A DNA stretch of 64,000 bases from Lingula anatina (taxonomy: Eukaryota; Animalia; Brachiopoda), in assembly GCA_051362555.1 (NCBI GenBank), contig CM120641.1:4712001-4776000 (forward strand). The letters run 5' to 3'. A model generated the notes under the pieces. It had not been told where the DNA came from, did no database searches, and worked only from the letters and a program-made list of their open reading frames with translations. A program made the position numbers and the translations under genes. Positions 55,474 through 64,000 of the stretch are shown here, piece after piece. The number at the start of each line of letters is the position of its first letter. Within the stretch, counting starts at the first letter, position 1.

Positions 55474-56230
55474 TATTTATATTCTTCTAGTGGCTGTGAA
55501 AATTAAAAAATGCAAAATGGAAAATTGCAAGATAGAGTGTTTTGATTTGTTGGGCTTGTGAACAGGATATAGCTGGCATGGGCTTTTTTTATTAATGGAT
55601 AAAAATAAGATTTGAAAATTGGAATAATAATAATAATTTCATTTCACCAGTCTGTCACTGATTTTACTCCATCTTGAGAACATTCTAAAAAATAAAATCA
55701 ACCTTTAAGGACAGAGCATTGTTTCTAGAGACAGGTAGCTAAATTTGGGATTGCATGATCATAGGTCATAAACCTAGTGTAGTTCTTAAAATCAAGATTA
55801 TCATTTTAAAGATTATTATCATTAATTCGTTGAGCATGTACAGTGTATACGAGCCCATCTACACAGTTTCATTTAACAAAAACAAACATGCTCTAGCCTT
55901 ATTATTTTTCATTTGTAGTAAAGTGCAAGACCCTGTTTATTGTTACTAGTATTAGTATAAAGTGCTACAGTGTACATTGTATGGGAAAGTCGAATACACA
56001 TTGCAAAGTCTGGTCCCCTTCAGTGAGGTGGCATTGGCATCATTTGACACCGTCACTTTTCAGAAATTGGGATGCTAAAGAAAACACAAGCTAACTCGCC
56101 CAACATGCGCTTGATAGCTCAGTCTTTTCCTGACTCTTTCAGTTAATTTATATTAAGTTTACCTAACACATAAGTTTTCTCACAGCTCTCATTTTCAGAG
56201 ATACTCACATTTTGATCGCAAACATTTACC

Positions 56231-56631
56231 TGTTTCGAAGCTGGCGCTGTATTTTTTAACCATGTCTTTCATTGGTTACCTGAATATAAACCAATGACTA
56301 TTCGTTTCTTACTCACTCGATGTGAATTTCCTTGTACATTCCATGTGTAAGACTCGTTTTCGGCATAGTATTTTCTCAAAGGGCTGAAACTCTCAAACGA
56401 GGCTATTCATGGTTGTACAATAGCCTCATTATCGACTCAAAGTCAATAAGAGGCGTCAGAGTCATTCAGTGTGAGATTTTATAAACGAGGTCATTGTTTG
56501 GAAAGGTTATTTTGTTAATGAGTGCCACATGAACATAGTGTCAACTTTGAACTCTTCCGTGTTGACTCCAGATATAAAATGGGAATTTCTTCTACCTCGC
56601 TATTCACAGCCCAAAGATAATCTTCACCAAT
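56231..56631. promoter_or_regulatory. Bidirectional promoter between SPC24 and the transporter
   Basis: The SPC24 5' UTR exon donor (minus strand, 56230) and the transporter ATG (56632) are about 400 bp apart, head to head; inverted CCAAT pair ATTGG 56271-56275 and CCAAT 56291-56295. Confidence 0.55.
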
Positions 56632-59600
56632 ATGTCTGAACACGGGGCAATTTACACAGAGGTCCCAACAAACAGGTAAGTTTAATACAAGCTTGAGTCA
56701 TTTAACTTAAAGTAGTACTGTACATGTACGATTGTTGTTCTTGAAACCATTTACTGTACATGTACATGTAACATGAATCATTGAATTTTTGGTTAACTGG
56801 AAATATATTTCACTATTTGCTGTTGTTACCTGTGATCATTTAACTATGTTCATAGATAAACACCCTTATCATAATTTGACATGTCTTAATATTTTCGCAA
56901 AAAATGTATTTAAAATGAAGAAAAAGAGAGCACCTTAAGACGTACCGTACATGTACTAAACAAAATAATGAATACCTGTGCGTTTATTTACATTTTAGTA
57001 GGCCCAACAAGCCCACTGCCCTTCAACATGTTGGTGACTTTGCAAACATGGTCAAGGCATTTATTGGCTCCAACTACCTTGCTTTGCCTTTTGCATTTAG
57101 TCAGAGTGGACTTGGTGTAAGTATAGTGTTTGAATGTCTTTCTCACTGTACCAGTAAGATGTGTGCGTGTGTATGTGTATTTGTGTTTGTGTGTGTTTCT
57201 GCTTAAATTGAGTATTAACAACATATCTGAATTAACTATATTTCATTATACTCTATTGATCATTTAAAAGTAATTTCACAGCTCATTGTAAAACAGAAAG
57301 ATTTCATATTTACGCATGTACTAGTACTGTAGTAAATTAAATGTTTCTATCATTTCAGTTTGGACTTGGTGGCTTACTTATTATTGTTGCCATGACAGAT
57401 TACTGTTGTCAGCTATTAGTCAAAGTAAAACATATTGTGGTTAATAATATAGTTGACACAAAAAGAATTCAAGAAAAAATTGAAAGAGCCTCAAGTATAG
57501 CAAATGCATCGACATCATCTTCGTCATCGTCTTTTACTTCACCATCACCTGCAGCATCAAATACAGCAGAAGAGGATGAACTAGCCATTCACTCTTTTCA
57601 CCAGCAAGTTGCTAAATCACTCAGCTATCAGGATATTGGACGTATAGTCTTTGGAACCCCTGGATCAGTAATAGTACAAATGTGTTTGCTTCTCACACAA
57701 TTTGGTTTCTGCATTGGTTACTTTGTGTTTCTTGGTAACACTATTTATTCTATGTTCCCAGTGAAAATAGTGGAGACTAATTCAAGTATGCCAGATATAA
57801 ATGTTACCCAAAGTTTACCACAATTGGTAACTGTATTACCTGGATTGAGCACCTCTACATCAGAATCCATTCAAAATGGTTCCATGGGATTTTACAGTAC
57901 TCGTAGTTCATTGAACAGTCAAGTTTACAGCAAACCTATGACAGAGACAATAAGGATATCATCAACTGTTTCAGCAACCACACAGGCATACCAACCCACC
58001 AGTTTGGGGACAACCAGAACACCCAATACACAGGGAACACAAACAACCTTTACAACACCTAAAATTTTTAACAGCAGTGATAATTCTGAACACCAAACCA
58101 TTATGTCAAATTCTTCTGAAATATCTCATTTATTAGAAATGACAGAAGGAAAAGAAGGAAAAATTTTAACAGATGCAAACTCTAGTATGGTAGCAGGCAG
58201 CAGCCCAAGATATGTGTCTGATGACAATGTCAATGATACAACCAGTGACTCTAGCATTAAAGCAGGTGGTAATTTCAGTGTTGTTAATGGTAGTTCAAGT
58301 GATACTTTCACACAGAATAGTAACTCCAGTGACAGTTTCACCCAGAATAGAACCAAGAGGTTTGTGGAAAATATAGATGACAGAAGGGTTACAATTCCCA
58401 TATATTTGCCTCAAGAGACCATGTCCAGCCTTACGAGCAGTGCCACCATTGGGAACCAGACAGTAATCAGCACAGCCCCTGCCTTGCAATACCTAGTGTT
58501 GGTTCCTGGGCCAGTGTTCATCTTTTTCTCATGGATCAGACACGTGAGGAGCATGGGACCCATCAGCCTCATTGCTAATCTAGCCATCTTTGCAGGGTTT
58601 GTGTCTGTGCTCTGTTATTTGATTGTAGGTATGTTAAAGGATTTGGACTTGACATTGCTTGTGTTAGTCGATTTTGATCATGTACAAAAATTTATGTATG
58701 ATCACTTCCTTACACCAGTCATCATTTTGTTTTGAATTAAATTTTTATTTAATATTGTGTGTGTGTGGAATTTAAAAAAATATTTAAAGTGATAAGTGTA
58801 AATATAAAAGTTGTTCGTGTAAATTTAAAAAGGTTATTAAGACTTGTGAGCTTATAGATGAATACAAGGTCATCTTTCTGTTTGTTGCCCGCATTTCTTT
58901 TGCATGTTTGTTGGTATTTTGCTGTAGATAAACAGCTCTTCAGCTGCTTTCCTTCTCACTTATTTATGATTTCATAAGTCAAACCTTAATAATTTATACC
59001 ATGAAATCGATTTTCTGGAAATTGATGATAGGTAATGATATAGTGTCGTCCATGGGAATAGGGTTACATAACTAAAAATAACTTTTGTACAGTATCTGTC
59101 ATTTTATTTGTTATAATCTTAAAATTTTTTTTTTCATATAATGGTTATTTTACAGCTGCATAAAATATATATTGTAAAGTGCATTTGTGGACTAGTCATT
59201 TAAGTGCATACCTTTCCATATCTCATAAGTTATCCAGAGGGTATATATCATTTTCTTCTTCATTTTCTTTTTCTTACTTGAAGTAAATTTTTATTTCAGG
59301 TTTCACAGTATCAGAGAGTGTAGTGTGGTTCAAACTGGAAACCTTCCCCATCTTCTTTGGTCAGGTGACCACTGCATATGAAGGAATTGGACTAGTAAGT
59401 AGTAAATACGACACAAACAAAAACACCACTTGCCCACATAGGCTAGTAAACAAGTAAATTTCCCCACTGAGATTGGAAAAAAATGGTGACAAAGGTTTTT
59501 CAACTGATTCCAGTTCGTTGAAACTCCAATATAGTGAAAAAATTTTCTTCATGACCGCACCCTGTCAAACAAAATGTCATGACTACCATACTTGTATTTA

Positions 59601-62235
59601 TGCAAGTGTTTAGGCAACTGAATGATCCCCGTGTGGAATATGACAACAAAGATAACCATGTTCATCATCCCTGAACACCTGAAAGTGAACCTCCAGTTAG
59701 CTTTAAATTATTCATAAACAAAATGATGTGTTCATGTCTTGGTGGCAGTTGCTGCATTCTAAATTTCCACTTGGTTTAGAAAAGCTTGGCTAGCCAGTCG
59801 TGACTGCAACATTTATTGCATTGGTGTATTAAAAAAAAGATCACCCTGGTTCTGCATGATATCCTTGTATTCTTCAGTCCCATAGACAGCAGTAGGTGTG
59901 ACTTTATGTCAACTCAGTTTATTGTAAAGGGTCAGTTCAGATATTATTGATGGCCATGTTAGGTATTTTACAGTCTGCCAGACACATATTTCTTTCTATG
60001 TACAAATGCAGCTGTAACAAAAACAATTTAGAATAGAATGATGAAACCTTGCAATTATGTACTATTTCTACTTGCAGATTATACCCATAGAATCCAGCAT
60101 GGAAAATAACAGACACAGCTTTGCATCATTCCTCCATGGTGCCGTCTTCCTTGTCTCCCTGGTTTTGGGGACATTTGGCATCCTGGGATATTTGCGCTAT
60201 GGGGATGCCACTGACCAGATGATCAACCAGAACCTGGAGCCTCAGCACAGTCCATTGACACTGCTGGTCAGTGCCACACTGTGTGTAGGGATTCTATTCA
60301 CTTTCCCTCTCCAGCTGATGCCTGTGATTGAAATAACAGAGGGCTATCTGTTTGCTGAAGGTAATGAGAATGCTGGATTATACATTTGGTTATATTACAA
60401 GTAGGATGGGGTTTTAATGATATTTGTGGAATTATTAATTCATTGTAGTGGGAAGACAATTTTTGTACGAAAGATTTCAAATGTGAGAGAAAACCTCCAT
60501 GCCTGCTGTGTGTAATGTGAATATTTTACATAGCTTGATGATGGTTATGTTTAAAAATCACACTTACATAGTAGAAGATTTGATGTTTCATAGTGCTGAT
60601 AATATTTCCATGGCTCTTGAAAAAAAGGACTGAGTATTCCTATTCAACACATATAATATTGTTCTGCATGCTTTACGTTTTCAAGGAAAAATTTGTGGAC
60701 CAAGCACTGATACAGATGAAGAAGAAAAGGGTGAGGAGGAATCAGAAAGAGATGATGCCAGTCTGTTGCCTGGTGTTAAAGTCTCAAAATCAGAAGTCCC
60801 TGCTCATGTTTCTGTTCATATTCCAGCATCTGTAAGTATGCCATTTGTATGCCAGTGAATGTGTCATGGTGATGTTCAATATACAATGAGGTTGAATTCA
60901 TAATTTTACACCACAATCTTCCAATAACAATTTGCAATACTACAATATAATATTTGCCTTGTGTATGTATTTCATATAATATGAGAGCTACTCTGCTACA
61001 AAATTTAATTTCTTATAACCTATTTGATTTATAAATATGTTTTACCTAGTCTAATGCAATAACTACTTTTTTTACCAAATTCTATTGTATGTCAAATTCA
61101 ATTTATTAAATGAGCAAAATGTTTATTAGCTTGGTAATTGGATCATAGTTGATAATCATTTAACACAAGCTGAAATATTACCTCCTACCATTAGCCTAAT
61201 GCTGACTTGGTCATAGGCCGGGTCAGGGGGTGATCTACCTGATACATTTACAATAAGGTCCTGGCTGCTATACCACCTAGCAATTAGTGAGTAATAACAG
61301 CTACTCACATCAATCTGTCAAAGGCCTCTGACCAATATGACAGCAAGCTTGTGGTAGGGAGTAATTTTTATAGCTTGTGTTAAATAATTACCATGTAGAA
61401 TATATTAGTTAAAATACATTAATTATTACTTCAACAGGTGTCAGCCTGGAAGAGAAATCTTTGGAGGACATGTCTTGTCCTGTGCTGTGCAGGATTTGCA
61501 GTGTTACTCAGAGCAAAATTTGCATATATTGGAGCTTTTATAGGTATGTGACGCTTGTTTTCACAGCAAGATTTCATATTCCAGTATTTGCTGTACTATG
61601 TGTTTGTTTGTTCATTTGTTTGTTTTCTCAACAGTTCTCTGTCTAAGCACATATATAGCTATAACCAATCTCTTCGTCATATCTTGTTATTATGATAACT
61701 AAAAAATCATGTCACTATTTTTGATTTATGCTTGTTTGATTTGCAGATAACTTTGTTTTTAATGACATTCTTTAAAATTTCAATAACAATGTGTTTTTCA
61801 TTCAGCAAGATGTAAAAGACAATGTATACTTATATGATGGCTGTCGGAAAACATTGATAAGACTTAAGAGTATAATTATGCTTCCCTATATACCGTTTCC
61901 CCTGAGCACCCCAATTAAAACAAAAACGCCATTTCAAAGTAATCATGTTTTATTCAAAGGAACTTTGCACAGTTCTTTCCACACTGAAATAACAACTTTT
62001 GCAAACAGTATTGATTCCATCAAAGTGATCTCTGTTTTATTCCTAACTTTCAGGTTCAGTTGGTGGCACAGTCCTGATGTATATTCTGCCTTGTGTTTGT
62101 CACCTCAAGCTCAGTTGGCACAGGCTGCCTGCTATCAGGATTGCCTTGGAGATCTGTATCACGGTTCTTGGCACTGCAGGGGGCAGCATGGGTCTCTATG
62201 CTGTTATCAGAGATATGGTCATGACTCTGTCATAG
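56632..62235 (+). CDS. Amino acid/auxin permease family (Aa_trans; SLC36/AVT3-like) transporter with a large Ser/Thr-rich loop, 8 exons, 747 aa
   Basis: Exons 56632-56675, 56999-57116, 57359-58628, 59300-59394, 60078-60360, 60686-60831, 61438-61543, 62054-62235 (2244 nt, in frame). Motifs ANMVKAFIGSNYLALPFAFSQSG, LSYQDIGRIVFG, TQFGFCIGYFVF, FPIFFGQVTTAYEGIGLIIPIESSM, FGILGYLRYGD, FTFPLQLMP, GAFIGSVGGTVLMYILP; about 11 hydrophobic segments. Confidence 0.88.
61153..61390. mobile_element. MITE with ~38-bp TIRs in a transporter intron
   Basis: TAATCATTTAACACAAGCTGAAATATTACCTCCTACCA versus TGGTAGGGAGTAATTTTTATAGCTTGTGTTAAATAATTA (imperfect inverted repeat). Confidence 0.65.
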
Positions 62236-62246
62236 AAACAATACTT

Positions 62247-62414
62247 CAGGGTTAAACACAGAGGCCGATTCTGGGTCTTCTTGAAGACGGTCAGAATTTC
62301 AAGTTTACACTGACGGGTATCTATTTTTTCTGTCAGAAGAAGGCCCAAAATGGAGGATGGATCAACAAAGATAATTTGGAAGACTGTCAGAAAATGGCTC
62401 TGGATCCCCTCCTG
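62247..62414 (+). mobile_element. CAGGGG-TIR family MITE in the transporter 3' UTR
   Basis: Shares TTCTGGGTCTTC...TTTCAAGTTTACA...AAAATGGAGGATGGATCAACAAAGATAATTTGGAAGACTG with 3530-3680; begins 12 bp after the stop codon. Confidence 0.75.
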
Positions 62415-62971
62415 AAATATAAAATTGGTTTGTGTCCAAATGACATTACCAGGCAACCACATAAATGTAGAAGTGATTTAGTTTGTTTTTGTTAAGGGTT
62501 GCAATATGCACTTGGTGCTACATTAATGTGTTAGATATATTTTCAATAGTAAGTGGTCTTATTCAGGTAAGGTGCTCATTATCAGCATTCATATCAGTGT
62601 AGTATTTATTGTTGTTCATTAACTTACAGTTAGGAAAATGGACAGTGTCTTGAAACAAATTAGTTTGACTAACACTTATTTCACATGTAACATATCAAAA
62701 TGTTCCAAATGATATTATGAAGTCAGCTGTTTTATAGATTGATTGCCTCAGTTGAATTATGCCATGCATTATTTTAATATGTGAAGTAATGAAGGGTTAA
62801 AATGTGAGGTTCTTAATGTTTGTTACATGTAGATGGGAATCAGGGTTAAATACAGGCATTATGTATGTAAGCCTTTGTTATGTGATATTTTATGTGTACC
62901 AAATCATAATTATTTTGTGTACATGAATGTTTTATGTTGATCAGTTTTAGTAACAGCAGCATGCTACTTTT

Positions 62972-62973
<2 letters not shown>

Positions 62974-63035
<62 letters not shown>

Positions 63036-63052
63036 TAGAGAGAGAGAGAGAG
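62974..63052. repeat. Compound (GT)n(GA)n microsatellite
   Basis: Direct observation. Confidence 0.9.
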
Positions 63053-63382
63053 AATGAGAATTAGTTTAGGGTTAACAGTGTCATTTCTAAACATCGGTGA
63101 AATTAAAAGTGCAACTTTGTGGATGAAAATAGATTTATCTATCCACCATAAGCATAATTGTTAGGTTAGATACTTGATAACACTTGATAACATTTTGCTG
63201 GTTCATTATGGGCTAAAAAGGTTTCAAGAGGTCTTGCTCACCATTTATCCCTTCTCCTGTGCCCCAACAAAGTTAACAGAAATTAATGGGGGGCTGGGAG
63301 ATGTTTATTTTTTCATTGTTATGTTTTAATCTAATAATTTTGCTTCCTATTTAGTATGATGTTCAAGATGATTTGAATGTTA

Positions 63383-63596
63383 CACCCCATTTCCATAGAT
63401 TAGATCGACCTACTTTGGATCGACCTAACTCCCTGGGGGTTCGCGCTGAATAGCTGTCAGCCGGGCGGACACGAAAGTTAATTGCCCCTTACGGCTTGTA
63501 GTGGGCGGGGACGGACACTTAAAGGGGATTATCTGACGGTAGTCTGGTGAGACTCCCCGCGGTGATAGATCGATCTAAAGTTGTGGGAATAGACCC
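63383..63596 (+). mobile_element. PIF/Harbinger-like MITE
   Basis: CCCCATTTCCATAGATTAGATCGACC...GATCGATCTAAAGTTGTGGGAATAGACCC, flanked by TTA/TAA; CTAACTCCCTGGGGGTTCGCGCTGAAT resembles 51836-51862. Confidence 0.6.
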
Positions 63597-63805
63597 TAAG
63601 AGACGTTCACATGATTTGGGCCACGCTCCAAATTTGTGAATAGTCTTGTTTATGCATGTGTAAAACCATAAACATGGGTATGATTAAAAAGAAAAAAGAA
63701 CAGTGATTTGTGATCTGAACTGTAGATTCTCTGATAAGAAATTTAGATTTAAAAACGAGTTGAAATTATTTTTACCTTCATCAAGTATCATGTTGAAGAT
63801 TATAT

Positions 63806-64000
63806 TTACCTCTGCCAAGGATCATGAAAATATGAAATTTTGAGGGGACCAAGATAGAAACAATTAGATTTTGGTGGTGATGTATTAATTAATGAATGGT
63901 TGTTTATTAGTTTACTGTGTGTCTCTGTCTGTTAGCAACATAAGAGAAAAAAGTTGTTGAAAGATATTGATGAGATTTTCAGAAACTGTCAAGTGGGGAC
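63806..64000 (+). mobile_element. HINE-like element, truncated by the window edge
   Basis: TTACCTCTGCCAAGG head, TTTTGGTGGTGAT and GATGAGATTTTCAGAAACTGTC core pieces similar to 8190-8455. Confidence 0.6.

Overview
AT-rich, intron-containing genomic DNA of an invertebrate bilaterian animal (GT-AG introns, microsatellites, MITEs); the taxon cannot be fixed from the sequence. Six spliced gene models were assembled by hand, each closing in frame: ACTMAP/C19orf54 actin maturation protease (+, 1159-4061), two tandem Vsx/Chx10 homeobox paralogues with identical intron positions (+, 11844-28790 and 36823-44575), ADP-ribosylarginine hydrolase ADPRH (+, 47342-52272), kinetochore SPC24 (-, 54038-55473) and an SLC36/AVT3-type amino acid transporter (+, 56632-62235). 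There is also a 276-aa single-coding-exon orphan (-, 5666-6496). Several non-autonomous transposon families are present: HINE/Helentron-like, Harbinger-like, CAGGGG-TIR MITEs and tiny P-like palindromes. The most unusual observations are (1) a ~240-aa mucin-like luminal loop with 12 N-glycosylation sequons and an RTKR furin-type site inside the transporter, which also has a non-canonical TM1 motif; (2) the same PBX-MEIS decamer in both Vsx promoters; (3) a triplicated exon end plus splice donor in ADPRH; (4) 29-45 bp P-like elements with 7-bp target duplications. No database searches were run, so family calls rest on recognised motifs and novelty is not established.
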